NCBI GenBank assembly: GCA_010356995.1
Contig: ML996699.1
Location: forward strand, 341,697 to 405,696
Length of the DNA: 64,000 nucleotides
DNA from: Trichodelitschia bisporula
Taxonomy: Eukaryota
Reading direction: 5' to 3'
Positions 1 through 12,142 of the stretch are shown piece by piece. Every line of letters starts with the position of its first letter. Positions within the stretch are counted from its first letter, which is position 1. Below the pieces are notes generated by a model. That model had not been told where the DNA came from, did no database searches, and saw only the letters and a list, made by a program, of their open reading frames with translations. The position numbers were made by a program, and so were the translations under genes.

Positions 1-3000
1 TAATCCCGACAAGCCTCAAATTAACGCTCTTATCGAACCACCTCTCTCGCCTAACCTCCCTCCTTTCCCCCCTCTCCCCGCGACTCGCCCTCGTCACCCT
101 CGCCTTCTTCCTCCCCTCACACGCCAGCCCCGCACGTACCCGCTCCTCCTCCCGCCTCAACTCGCACGCCGCGATACCCCGCACATACGGCGCCACCTCT
201 GTGACGACCGTCGCGAACGGGCCGTCGAGCACCGAGGCTATGAGCCCGGTGCCGGAGGGGTGCGTTTCGCCCAGCGGATCCAGCGCGAGGGAAAACGTAG
301 CCCGCGTCAGGCGCTCAGGCGCGGTGACATGCTCCAGGATCGCAGATGGCAGGGCCTCCTCCGGGGCGCGGGCTCTACGACATGTCGTGTGCTGCGCGGT
401 GTATGCCGCAAGCCGCGCGCCGAGCTGGGCGTAGTCGGCCGGCGTTTCCGCGGCGAGCACGCGGCAGTCAGTGATGTAATTCGCGCGGGCGCGATCGGAA
501 ATATCCGGGATCGAAGCGTCGAGCGGCTGCTCGGACTGCGGGCGCAGGGTGTGGCCTGCGTATACATCCGCCGCGCTCTGGAACTCGAGTTCGCGCTCGA
601 AGTCCGCGAGGGTGGATGGCGGGCCTTGGGGCTTGCACAGCGTGCCGACGGCATGTGCGTCGAGGCCCCATTCGCGCATCGCCTCTAGGGCCAGGGTGAG
701 GGACTTCTCGAAGGCCGGGGTATCGGGTGCGGAGGCGAGGGCGGGGGAGAACCAGCCCATGGACTCGCGGTAGGTGTCCTTGCTGAAGACGCGCAGGGGC
801 CGGCCGTTGGCATCGAGGTCGGCGCCAGGGGGCCCGCGCTGGAAAATCCATTCTAGCCCGCCTTTGCGGTCACCGACGCCCATTTGGCACCAGAAGGAGA
901 GGTCGGAGATGGTGGCGCGGAGGTCGTGGGAGCGCGAGGTGTAGAGGGATTCGAGGGCGGGGCGGCGGAGGATGTGGCCTTCTTTTGCGGCGAGGAGGAG
1001 GAGGTAGTCTGTTGCTAGGTCGATGGGGGGAGGGGTGAAGCGGAGGATTGCGTGGACGGGGAGGGCGTTCAGCGGGAGGCGGGTTTCGTCGTTGCAGGTT
1101 AGGATTATGGGGCGTTTGGTGTGGGCCGCGAGGGTTAGGACGGTGAACCAGAATTGCCGGTCTTCGTCGAAGAGGATGTCTACCTCTTCAAGGAGGATGA
1201 CGCATTGCTTCTGCTGCGCTGGGGTATTGGCCTCTGTTGCTTTCGGAGCTTTGGGCTTTGCGGCCTTCTTGGATGCGTTTGACTTGAAAAAAGAAGTCAC
1301 TTTGCGGCTAGAGACGTCCTCTTCGTCCTCCACGACCTTCTCGATCCGCATTTTGCCCTTGGCAGGCACATTGCCCTCCGATAGAGCTTTGGACACCTGC
1401 TGAACGAGATGGTTCTCCGCCATGTCGCCGATCCGGTCGAGAACATCCTTGCCACTGCGTCGTGATGCCGAATTCAGCTCGAACACTTCGAAACCTAGTT
1501 CATGGGCAACAGCGTACGCCGCCGCGGTTTTGCCGCAGCCATGGGGTCCACTCAGGATGATGGCGTTGGGCGGTCGCTCCACTTCCTTCGATTGGGTGAA
1601 GGTCGTGTCTTTGACCCGGATGACTGACAAAGGCTGCGGAGGGCCAGGAATGTCGCCCACCCGTTCAATGTCGACGAATTCGCCCAGATCATCGAGCTCA
1701 TCATTGCTGGTGATGATGAAATTGTCCAGCTCGTCGTCCCGCTTGCGCTTGCGCTTCTTTTTTTCCTTTTTCTCGGTCTCCTTAGGCACAGGGTTCTTTC
1801 CGCTGGCCTTTTGACCAGTGTTGACGGCGGTAACGCTGCACGCTTGCAGCCAGTCACGCAGGATGGTAGTCTCCTTTCCGCTCTGCAGTACATGGGCAGC
1901 CGACTTAGGTGTGTATTTTTGCACCCAGGCCTCGGTTTCGCACTCGAACCTGTCAAAGGCGGAGAGATCGCTCATTGACGCGGCAAGATTCTCGACGGCT
2001 GGGTGGATGCGAGGTTTAGGGGGATTGTTCGACTTGAGTCTCAAGCGGAGCGGAACACATCGGTAACGAAGGGACGGAGCCATGTCACCGTACACTTCTT
2101 CGCCAGCCTTGATGAGACGTTTGGGCAAGCGAGGTTCCCATTCCGAAGAAGGTTGGACTTTCAGGTGGCGCAGAAGCTGGTTTAGCAAATCGTCCGACTC
2201 GGACACAACCACAGCGCGTTCCTTGAGTTTCTTCGGCCGAGTAAGCTCAGGGTCGAGAGATGCAGGTGCAGTTGGAATGTCCACGAGATCGCGTACGTGA
2301 ATAGCTCCATCCCATGGGGCGTCGGGGAACTTGGCGTACTTCCTCAGGATGCTGTCACCGGATTGTGCTACGGGAGCGAAAAGAGTAGCAGGCTTGGACT
2401 GCGACTTCACCACGTATGGTCCTGTAGGCGCCGGCTTCAAGCTTCCGGAGCTTCCGGGTCTAGGCGAGGTAGCCCGCGATTCAGATGCGTTGGAGGCGTT
2501 GTCTTTCCTAGCCTCCAGCTTCGGCTTTGGGGCGGCTTTTCCGAGAAAGAAGGGATGCGTGACCTTTTTCGGTGACGCCGGCCGTTTGGGGTGCTGCACT
2601 ACGACTGCGGGTTTGGGGGCGGGAGCTTCAGGCTTGGGGACGGTAGCTGCGGGCTCCTTGACTGCCTTGACTGCATCCGGTTTGGGAACAGGAAGCGCAC
2701 GCTTCTTGACTGGCGGGGCTGATTCTGGTTTCGGAGCGGCTAAAATAGCCTCGATCTTGTTGCCAAAGTCAGCACGCTTGTCGGGTGAAACGGGAAAGGC
2801 GATGGTGACAATATGACTCTTCTGCTTGCGCCTTTTCCCACGCGGTGCAGCACGGCCCGCTGGTGTATCTGCCGCTGGTGTGTCTACCGCCGGCCTCTTC
2901 TTGGATTTCGGCGAGGCGAGCTTTCCATCGGGGCGGAGCACCATGACGCGCTTTGTATTAGAATCTGGATGAGTGGGCGCAACCACAGGTTTTGGAGTGC

Positions 3001-3619
3001 GAGCCGGTTGTAGCGATGGGGGAGATGTCGGCTCACTCGGCGGAGTGACTGGAGAAGGAACTTTGCTGTTGCTAGCAACGTTCACCGATGTTGTGTTTGG
3101 TTGAAGTTTCTCGGCGGTGTTGTGGACGTCGGTGGGAAGTGCAAGTTTGCTATCGGAACTAGCTTGATCTGGTTGAAAGTTGTTGCGTGGTGCAGTTATA
3201 TAAAGTACGGACTCGGGCGTAAGGTGGGGAACCGCATCGTTGTTCTGATGCTCCGGACTAGCCCGTGATGAGTCGTCCGGTGTAGTCTTACGACGCTTGC
3301 GCCGCTCGTAGTTGATATCCTGCTGGCTCATGTCTGCCTTCATGTCGTCTGAAGGCTGTACAGGTCGAAATAAGCGATCAATGGTGACTTGTACGGTTCC
3401 GTTGGTCTTCTGCAGAGGTTTGCGGACTTCCGGTTTTTGAGGTTCGGCCACTTGGTCCACAACAGCGGTGACTGGTGAATCCTCACCGGCTGAGGGGCCC
3501 ATATCTACCCATGTTAGTGAGCTCAGACGAGAGGAGACGAGCAACAAACCTTTGGGCTGGAAGAATGGATGTACGACAGGTTTACTGTCCGAATCCACTG
3601 CGACAGCTAGAGACGCCAT
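1..3619 (-). CDS. ELG1: Elg1/ATAD5-like RFC-family AAA+ ATPase (PCNA unloader); 3' end lies outside the window
   Basis: Minus-strand frame missed by the ORF track because it runs off the window. ATG 3619, intron 3549-3505. Walker A region GPHGCGKTAAAYAVAHELGFEVFELNSASRRSGKD (~1440-1560), Walker B-like ILLEEVDILF and RPIILTCND, long disordered N-terminus. Confidence 0.85.
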   Translation of the reverse strand, partial: MASLAVAVDSDSKPVVHPFFQPKGLLLVSSRLSSLTWVDMGPSAGEDSPVTAVVDQVAEPQKPEVRKPLQKTNGTVQVTIDRLFRPVQPSDDMKADMSQQDINYERRKRRKTTPDDSSRASPEHQNNDAVPHLTPESVLYITAPRNNFQPDQASSDSKLALPTDVHNTAEKLQPNTTSVNVASNSKVPSPVTPPSEPTSPPSLQPARTPKPVVAPTHPDSNTKRVMVLRPDGKLASPKSKKRPAVDTPAADTPAGRAAPRGKRRKQKSHIVTIAFPVSPDKRADFGNKIEAILAAPKPESAPPVKKRALPVPKPDAVKAVKEPAATVPKPEAPAPKPAVVVQHPKRPASPKKVTHPFFLGKAAPKPKLEARKDNASNASESRATSPRPGSSGSLKPAPTGPYVVKSQSKPATLFAPVAQSGDSILRKYAKFPDAPWDGAIHVRDLVDIPTAPASLDPELTRPKKLKERAVVVSESDDLLNQLLRHLKVQPSSEWEPRLPKRLIKAGEEVYGDMAPSLRYRCVPLRLRLKSNNPPKPRIHPAVENLAASMSDLSAFDRFECETEAWVQKYTPKSAAHVLQSGKETTILRDWLQACSVTAVNTGQKASGKNPVPKETEKKEKKKRKRKRDDELDNFIITSNDELDDLGEFVDIERVGDIPGPPQPLSVIRVKDTTFTQSKEVERPPNAIILSGPHGCGKTAAAYAVAHELGFEVFELNSASRRSGKDVLDRIGDMAENHLVQQVSKALSEGNVPAKGKMRIEKVVEDEEDVSSRKVTSFFKSNASKKAAKPKAPKATEANTPAQQKQCVILLEEVDILFDEDRQFWFTVLTLAAHTKRPIILTCNDETRLPLNALPVHAILRFTPPPIDLATDYLLLLAAKEGHILRRPALESLYTSRSHDLRATISDLSFWCQMGVGDRKGGLEWIFQRGPPGADLDANGRPLRVFSKDTYRESMGWFSPALASAPDTPAFEKSLTLALEAMREWGLDAHAVGTLCKPQGPPSTLADFERELEFQSAADVYAGHTLRPQSEQPLDASIPDISDRARANYITDCRVLAAETPADYAQLGARLAAYTAQHTTCRRARAPEEALPSAILEHVTAPERLTRATFSLALDPLGETHPSGTGLIASVLDGPFATVVTEVAPYVRGIAACELRREEERVRAGLACEGRKKARVTRASRGERGERREVRRERWFDKSVNLRLVGI

Positions 3620-3747
3620 ATACAGATGTGAAGCATGTTCCCAAATAGAGCTTAGAGAGCGCACAGGAACGAAAAGACAGTGATAAGGAAAGAAGTATGC
3701 AAGTGGCTAAGTCGTGAAGGTTGTGGGGGGAGACGTGGTGTCTGTAG

Positions 3748-3814
3748 ACGCGTTGGCTTGCCGTCACGTCGTCTGCAGTCTCGGACTTGAGGTACGAGGT
3801 CTCGTCGCGACGCG
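3748..3814. promoter_or_regulatory. MCB-like (ACGCGT/ACGCG) elements in the ELG1-UTP8 divergent promoter
   Basis: ACGCGT at 3748-3753 and CGCGACGCG at 3806-3814, 130-195 bp upstream of the ELG1 ATG; fits G1/S regulation of a replication gene. Confidence 0.4.
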
Positions 3815-4058
3815 CTCTCACGCTTCCCAAGTGACAAGGATCATAATTACGCGACGACTAGTGCCAAGACTTAAGTGTGGAGCAAATCTTGGCGGCAGCC
3901 CCCCGCCGCTTCGGAACCAAGAGTGCCGTGGTCCCGACAACTTTTTTCTGCCTTGCAGCTTTTCGCGACGAAGCTGGGGAGACAGTGATACGACCGACCC
4001 ATCCTCAAGCCTAATTCAGCCTATACGAACGGCTTCCTCAGACTCCACTCAGCAGGAA

Positions 4059-6925
4059 ATGGCGTCTGGAAGCCTTCTGGGCTCCATCTTCACTTTGGCC
4101 AGCCTCCCAAGGCCATTTGACTCTGCTCACGGCCGTACGCAGGCTGCGCCCGTCTTTGCGCTATCCGAATCGAAGCGGACGAAGCGGCCGGAGGTTGTCA
4201 CGAGCATTGATGGAGAAAGCGTGAATATATACAATGTACGTTTCGTGTCTTGATATTATATCCTGTAGTGGAGAAAGGAGGCTCCTCTTTTGTGGCAGTG
4301 AATTAACTTCTGCAGGTGTCAAACTCTGCCTTGATAGCAACCTACGCCGTCCCACCGCAAACTCGCTTCGTTGCTGCCCCGTGCTCTCTGTACCAGAAGC
4401 ATGGGAAGAACCAAAGCGCCCGGCGCTACACATACACGGCCATACAAAACCGGAGCAACAAGTTGCAAATAGCCTGCTTCGACGAGGAACTCCAAAGGGC
4501 GGAGACCAGCAAGCCGAAGACCACATTTAAGGATCTGCCTTCCACAAGCGCCGTTGCCTCAATACGGGTGGTGCCCTCTTACAGCTTCGTCAACGGCAGA
4601 GAGGACTCGCACGACGTCATTGTCATTCAAGAGGATGGGAAGACGTCCTGCTTTTCAGCCGCGCTCCAGGATCTGCTCTGGCAAAGGGACGTCAAGGAGC
4701 TTGTCAGCGTTGATGGAGCGGAGGCTGTAGACACCCTCAATGTCGTATTTGCCGATATCACCGATGTCCGTGCAGCTAAAAAGGGATTGCTTCAGGGACG
4801 GGAAGACGTTCTGGCACAGCTTGACGCTGGGGATGCGCGTACGGCGGAGCACACACAAATCCTCTTTGTGGCAACACAGGCCTCCGGTAGCAGCTCTGAT
4901 TGTCCTAACGTACACGTCTTTGCGGTCCGACCCCGCTTGTCCACCACTGGCCAGGTCTCCGTTCCGCAACACCTGCTCACATGGCATATACCCGCAAACC
5001 GGCTGGCATCACCGTTTGCGCAGACTGATTCCTACTTCCTCCAGCCGGCATCTGGTCACTTTTACCACCTGGCCGGGGAGTCCATTGTGACGTACGATCT
5101 CACTGGGCTGTCGCCAGTCATTACCTCTGAGCTTCAAAGCGACACCAGCTCTTTTGGAAGCTTTGTCAGAATCTCGTCATCGCTACTACTGACAGCTTCG
5201 TCCACCGAATACAGCGTTTATGACGTCAAGTACGGTACGGTTCAAGCGACGCAGCGCGTCTCACGCGAGCCTGCTGTCACGGGCAAGAAGCGGAAACACG
5301 CAGACATCGATTCAACAACACCCCCTAAGCTCGTCTCTTACTTCGCAAAACTTGGTATCGCGGTGGCTCTTTTCGAGCGGAACCTCGTTGCTGTGCAGAT
5401 TGGCGATAATGTATCCGGATCCAAGGCGCAAGCAAAGGGCATCACGCTGGCTGATTCGCTTGGGAAGGGGACTCGTTGGGCTCCGGCGGTTTCCTTCCGC
5501 GGAGAGCCGATTGAGCCCTTTGCCAACGTTCTGCGCGATTCGACTGTTCTGAGGACAGATGAACCCAGTGCTTGGAAGACGGCAGCGGAGAATCTCGAGA
5601 GACTCGCTCGGAGCGAGGATATCATGGGCTTTGATCGAGCCTTTGCCCCTGAAGTGGGTGTCCATGTGCATGCCAACGCAAAAACTCCAAAGAAGGCAGA
5701 AGAGCAGGAAGAACTGGTGGAATGGACCTTCCCGGGCGAACGGTCCACGAAGCTTCTGGGATTGTTTCGCGAAAAGGCCTTGTTCGCTTTACGCCAAATA
5801 TTTCAGCCCTCAAGACCCACAAGCAGCGATAAGCTGAACGCGGCTCCAGTCTCCCTTCGCATCCAGTTTTATCCGCCTAATGTCTTCCACTGGTTAGTCC
5901 GAACCGGTCAGCTCACTTCTCGGCTTGCCGGGCAAGCGCTGCGCGTAGAGGCTGGGAACGAGCAGCTCAACCTCCAGCCCGGAGCCGTGGTGACTGCCAT
6001 TGTCGATTACGACCCATCGCTGGAACTTCTCTACACCACATTGCAGGCGCACCCCCATCTCGAGATCGACGACCTCGTTCGCACTGTGCAGGTCATCATT
6101 CAGAGCCTGAACAACTCGACCCTTTCCCTCAGCGACGCCACTTTGGCCGCCACCGCCCTCGCCCTCAACAACGATGATGACGTCGCCAACGGGGTCATCG
6201 AGCCCGAAGCCGACGCCGCCATGGCCGATCTCGACCACGCGGTCGAAGTACTGGAGACGGGCCTGCCCCTCCGCGGCGAGAGCCTGCGCTACGCCCTGAC
6301 GAAACTAAACGCTTTCCCTGTCCCGCAGATCGTCAAGGCGCTACAAACCGGCCTTGCGCGTCAAGAAATCGTCTTCCTGATCCACATCCTGCGCATCGAA
6401 CTCGCGGACGGTGGGTGGACGGCCCGGTATATCGACGTCGGGCCCGTCGGCGCCGAGTCCGGCGAGCCCTCGGACCGGGCGATCACGGTGATCGCGAAGC
6501 TGCTGAGCTGCGCCGTGGATGCGTTCGGTGTGAATGGGTGGCTTGTGGCGTCTTCAGCGGACCCGGCGGATGCGCTGGATGAGGTGCTCGTAAGCTTGCG
6601 GACGGAGATCACGGCTGCGCTGGAGGGGATCCACGAGGCGAGTTTCATGCAGGGGCTTCTTGTTGACTTTCTGCGGTTTGCGCATGAGAATGGCCCGACG
6701 CTGCGGCAGAAGAAGAAGCAGAAGAAGGAGCGGACGTTGCTGCCGCAGACGGTGGAGGCGGAGGCTGAGAATCCCGTGCTGCCGCTTGGGCTGAAGGTGC
6801 CGGAGGGGGTGGCGGATACGACGGTGGATGTTACGGGCAAGGTGTTGAAGAAGAGTAAGCGGCAGATGGGGTTGGAGCTTAGTATGCGGGTGGGGCAGTA
6901 TAGCTTCGAGCGGATACGGTTTTAG
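4059..6925 (+). CDS. UTP8: Utp8-like U3 snoRNP/SSU processome protein
   Basis: ATG 4059 (MASGSLLGSIFTLASLPRP...IDGESVNIYN), intron 4236-4315, then an 869-aa frame; beta-rich N-terminus and C-terminal VGQYSFERIRF typical of Pezizomycotina Utp8. Confidence 0.75.
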
Positions 6926-8059
6926 TGGGTGGTGCTCGTGGGGGGGGGGAGGGTGCTGACAATGTAAATGACTACGTCTATGGCGATGTTGGTAATGCAT
7001 GCTTGGGGGCAGTATGTTGCAGGCGCGAACGGATGTTTACTGATCCATATTCTGGCCATCCAGTTGTTGTTCTTCACGGAACGGTGTCAGGCATCCCATG
7101 GTGCTTAATATATCGCTGGCCGCGTCACATTGGCCAGCCTCGAAGCCATTGAGTGAGCAGTGCTTGCTAGTAGGACAATACTTAACTGCCAACAAGCCCG
7201 GTACAACCTTAAAATGACCTCAAACTTCAAAGATCATTGACAGCCTTGGAACTATCGTCGATAACTAGCCCGAATACTCTATCGTAGTCTGGGAGCACAT
7301 CTATCGGTGCGGTTATCCTCGCTTCAGCCCAACATCGGAAGCGAGCTATCTCCTCTTACCTCCGCTAACTTAACCCAGATCTCACTCCCCTTCTACCGTC
7401 TTCTACCGTCTTCTGCCGTCCACAATTTAACCATCACGACCTCCCCCCGCAATCCCCGTCACAAACTCCGCAAACCTGCCCTCCTTGTCCGAGACCGCAC
7501 GAACCATCCATGACGCCCATCAGACCCTCTCCCCCACCAACCTCACCCGTCAGCTCGACGCAATGCGGCTCACCTCACGCCCTTCGACAAACCGGTGTAA
7601 CCTCACCTACACCCCAACTGACATAATGACATCGGCTCCGAGCGCCTTGCCCACCCGGGCCATCACCTCTAGCCGCTCCTCCACCCACGGGGCCCTCCCT
7701 GCTCGTATCTGCACGATGCGTAAATAAGCAGCAACAAGACTCGCAGCGAAAGCGCCACACCCGCCCTAACCCCGCTTAACCCCGCCCCTCCATCCCGCGC
7801 GCAGATGTCGCTAACCCGTAGCGCGGAATTCGGCACGGGCAGCAGCGATCCGCGCCGTAGGATCGCAGCGGACGAGCCTGGCGGTGTGGACGCCCTGCGT
7901 TGACGTACCGTAAGGTTACTTATCGCCGGCGCCGAGATGGAAGGAGCGCGGGGGTGGATGTCTTGTTCCTGCTGTTGTGCTTCCAGCGGGTGCTTGGTCT
8001 CGGTCTTATAAGCATTCGCTCGCGCCCAGCGGTTTTCGAGTGAGTAAGGCTTGAGAAAC

Positions 8060-9823
8060 ATGACGCTTATACCGCGACCCCGCTCCCCACCCGCCGGGCC
8101 GGACCGCGCTGCGCTGGTCGACCTCGCGGCCGCGGAGGGACATGATGCTGATATACCGAGTAACATCGGGCGCGTGCCCGACGAAAAGACACCGCACTCG
8201 CTTACACCCGACACGCCCGTTTCCACCGGCCCGCATGGCCTCGACAAGGACTTGGAAAAGGAAGCCGGGTCCGCGCAATCTTCCGCCAGCAGCGTCGCGG
8301 AGCCTGAACCAACGGATCCGAATATAGTCGACTGGGACGGCCCGGACGACCCCGCGAACCCGCAGAACTGGAGCACGCTGCGCAAGACCGGGGCGATACT
8401 GATTATAAGCGGGTTTACGTTCTTGATTCCGCTGGGGAGCAGTATTTTTGCGCCCGGGGTGCCGCTGGTGATGGAGGAGTTTCATTCGCACAATACGCTG
8501 CTGGCGGGCTTTGTGGTTAGTGTGTACGTCCTTGGGTTTGCGTTTGGGCCGCTGGGTAGGATTCACCCCCCCCCCTCCTCTCCCTAGAGCTACAGAGATC
8601 TAACCGACCCCCCAGTCATCGCCCCCCTCTCCGAAATGCACGGTCGCCTCCCCCTCTACCACGCCAGCAATGCCCTCTTCACCATCTTCACCATCGCCTG
8701 CGCCCTCGCCCCCTCCCTCAACAGCCTCATCGCCTTCCGCTTCATCGCCGGCGCCGTCGGCGCCGCGCCCCTGGCCCTGGGCGGGGGCACGATTGCCGAC
8801 GTGACGACGCGCGAGCAGCGCGCCACGGCGATGAGCGTGTGGATGCTCGGGCCGACGGTCGGCCCGGTTCTTGGGCCTATTGCGGGCGGTTTCATAAGCG
8901 CGGGGCTGGGGTGGCGGTGGAATTTCTGGGTGGTGGCGATTGCGGCGGGGGCGTTTGGGGTCGGGGGCTTGGTGCTGATGCGGGAGACGTATGCGCCCGC
9001 CATACTCGCGAAGAAGGCGGCGCGGTTGAGGAAAGAGACCGGGAATTCGGCGTTGAGGAGTAAACTCGACTCCGGGCTTGCGCCACGGGATCTATTCCTG
9101 TTCAGCATCGTCCGGCCGACGAAAATGCTCTTCCTGTCCCCTATCGTGTTTTTCCTCTCCGCGTATGTGGCGCTGGTGTACAGCTACTTGTACCTCATGT
9201 TTACGACGTTCACGGATATCTTTCTCACGCAGTATCATTTCGCGCCCAGGCTCGTCGGGCTCAGTTTCGTAGGCATCGGGATCGGCGCGTTTGTTGGGCA
9301 GTTCGGGTACTCCTGGCTTGCGAACAGGGACGTGCGGAAACATATTGCGGCAGGGACGTTCACGCCGGAGCGCCGGCTGGTGTTCATGTGTCCCGGCGCG
9401 TTCCTCGTCCCGATTGGGCTTTTCTGGTATGGGTGGGCGGTACAGGCGCGGGTGCATTGGATATGTCCGATTATGGCGACGGTGGTGTTTGGCGTGGGGT
9501 TGTTGTTGATTTTTGTACGTCCTGCTCCCTTCTTCCCTTTACGGTGCTTTTGACTGTGCTGACGCTCGGACTAGATGCCCGCAAACACATACCTCGTCGA
9601 CGTGTACACCGTGCACGCGGCCAGCGCGATGGCGGCCAACACGGTGCTGCGCAGTATCGCAGCGGCGATATTGCCGCTTGCCGGGCCGAGCATGTTCAAG
9701 GCGCTGGGGTACGGAGGGGGCGGGTCGTTGCTCGGCGGGTTCGCGGTGGTGATGTTGCCGGTGCCGTTTATATTTCTTAAATATGGAGAGAGGTTGAGGA
9801 CGAGGTTTGTGGTTAAGCTTTAG
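8060..9823 (+). CDS. MFS transporter, DHA1 drug:H+ antiporter family
   Basis: VDWDGPDDPANPQNW and GPLVIAPLSEMHGR motifs, many hydrophobic segments; introns 8556-8615 and 9515-9574 restore the frame. Confidence 0.92.
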
Positions 9824-10249
9824 GGACATTGGGAGGAAGCATGGGTGGCGTTAGGATATGGATATGGGTATTCGGGATTGGGGGGCTCGTGGGGGTGCAT
9901 TTGCAAGGCTGGAAAATACGAGGCTTAGTTGATATACTGTTGAAGTTCTAAATACTGTGTTGAAGCTCCTGTACCGGTTGCCCAGGAAGAGCTATATTTA
10001 CCCCGTGCTCCCCCAGCATATACCCAAGCTCTAACCCACACTCACAAATCCTCAGCCTTGCCTTGGCACATCCGGTCGTCGGTCCTCTTCAACATTCCGC
10101 ACCAGGCCAGGCCATCAATGAGGCTGATCAGAATGTCAAACAGATACGTACGGTCTTTGGGCTTACTTGTTAGGGTACTATACACATGCCGCTGCTGATG
10201 TATGTGGACACCATCCACATTCTGAAGTTCCCAACATTGAGTCCTTTGA

Positions 10250-11690
10250 TCGTGCATGAGGATCCATCACGCTCGGAGACCATTTTCCCTGTCTGACGGT
10301 TGATATGGAGCCTCATCTTACCGTAACCGTGGCGGCTGCGGAGGGGACTAGTCCAGTAGAATAGGGTGCATGTACTCTCCCTTTTAACTTGGTACGAGGG
10401 GCCTTGGTTGACCGTAAATGTATGGCCAGTTTGTGATTTCAGAGGCATGGCGAGACATGATGTTGGCGTCCGGGAATCCGTTTCGAGTTCCAAGATGGCC
10501 GGTCAAACTCCGCGCTCTGGTTCCCGAACGGTACATCCTCGTTTGCATTGATACGGTGTATGGGGAGGGAAGATATCTTGTGCACCTGTATCGCTAGCCG
10601 CGGTGAGCAGACATAGCTTTGGCAGCGTGGAACAAACAGAGACGAGATTGAGGTTTAGTGGTCGGTCTATATGCCCCGGTCCATATGCCCCATATCACCC
10701 ACGGAAGGCCGCTTTGTAAGAAAATCGAACTCCGGCAGGCACATCTCCAATTCGAAACATTGCCGCTTGGGTTAGATGCCTTGGAGATATGTCATTTGGA
10801 TCATCGTGCCATGCACAAATCCTAGGTCTATCGGCATCGTTAAGATACCTACTTCCATTCTCGAGACGCCGTAGCGAAGGCTGAAAACGTCCAATCTTGT
10901 AGAATGTACGCTCCGTACTTGTGAATGGTATCCGGTTTACATCATACTTCGATATAGTGGTAAGCTGATGTCCCCTAGCTGCGTCATTCAGTTAGTTGTA
11001 CCTCGACCGCCGCACTGAACTCAAAGTATGGAATGTTAACGGAGGTATCCTCGTCCCTTACCATTATGACTCTTTTCAGAGCACTTTGCGTGTCCCCTAC
11101 TTCTCCGGAGAGAGCATTGGCGTTGTGATAAACGGTTTGACGATACCTGGGCTGGTGGCGAGGCCCTGAAGCGACTGCTGTTTGGAAGCACGCTGTAGTC
11201 CTAGTTCGGCTTCGAAACGGGGTCGAATCGGCGCAATATGCTGCTCATGTTTCCGGGCAAGGATAGGCCGCCGATAGCGTTCACGTCACCAACGAACAGT
11301 CAAATGACAAGGTGAGCTTATGAGCAGCACAAAACGGGAATCCGCATAGTTTCTCCTTCTATTGACATTAGCGTGGACTGGTTTAAGTAGACAGACTGAC
11401 AATGCCCGGGTGTGAATATGCCGCCCTTGTCGACCATTTCCCGCGATAGTGTCTTTGAAGGGATCTACAGTAACCTTATGCTAAACAAAGGAACCCGATC
11501 CAGATCAGGCGGAAGCCTATGAATTTTTTCGTCGTCGACCACACGGGAGTCCGCATGAAAGCGATATCGAATGATCTTTTCTTCCACGAGTTAACTCTCA
11601 GAGTAGGAGAATATATAGAGTAGGTGGGTCCGCTGGCCAATTCGGCCACAATATGAAACCTCAAAAATCCATCGATAATAACCTGGACTT
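10250..11690 (-). pseudogene. Decayed coding region resembling the fungal FQRT-R-PD/LPP...QDY-V-P-Q-WLDG family (often ubiquitin-domain associated); probable former 3' half of the hydrolase gene
   Basis: Interrupted peptides in order: FDIAFMRT, DDEKIHRLPPDLDRVPLF, EMVDKGGIF, FVGDVNAIGG, *DYSVLP, GLATSPGIVKPF, VEVQLT*, HQLTTISKYDV, with frameshifts and stops. Family assignment is from recall; the lower boundary is approximate. Confidence 0.6.
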
Positions 11691-11702
11691 AGAATGATGT
11701 GA

Positions 11703-12087
11703 GGTACTACGTACCACACCCTGTACCCCAAATCACCACGAGGCCTTACCAACAAGCGGGATATGGCTGGTCTACGATTGCTTGCTTAGGTTCTAAATCT
11801 ACACTGCAAATAATGTTTCGGCAGTCTACGGTAGGAGCGAGTGCCAGGTGAGGACCGGGCGTGTTGAACTGCACTTCTCACCCATGGATGGGACGTCAGA
11901 ATCCGGCCGTACTGTATCTCCGAATTTGTACAGTATGCGGAACGCACTAGGATAGATATGGAGTGTCAGGCAGTTGCATTGACGATAATGTTGAAGGTAC
12001 CATTAGGCTACGTAGTACGCGGAAGCATCTGCAACGTACGGTACGTACGTTGGTAGAAGCATGCAATTCATTCGCTTACGTAGTACC
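11703..12087. mobile_element. Possible MITE-like insertion bounded by an 11-bp inverted repeat
   Basis: GGTACTACGTA (11703-11713) / TACGTAGTACC (12077-12087); non-coding, palindrome-rich, lying between the intact and decayed halves of a gene; no clear TSD. Confidence 0.25.
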
Positions 12088-12142
12088 GTACTTCAGTCGC
12101 CCATGGTGCTATCCACCCATGACGTAGAGCATGCAGGTAGGA

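Noticed and set aside
201..3078. Many short plus- and minus-strand ORFs in the track
   Set aside because: Shadows of the long minus-strand ELG1 frame in GC-rich DNA.
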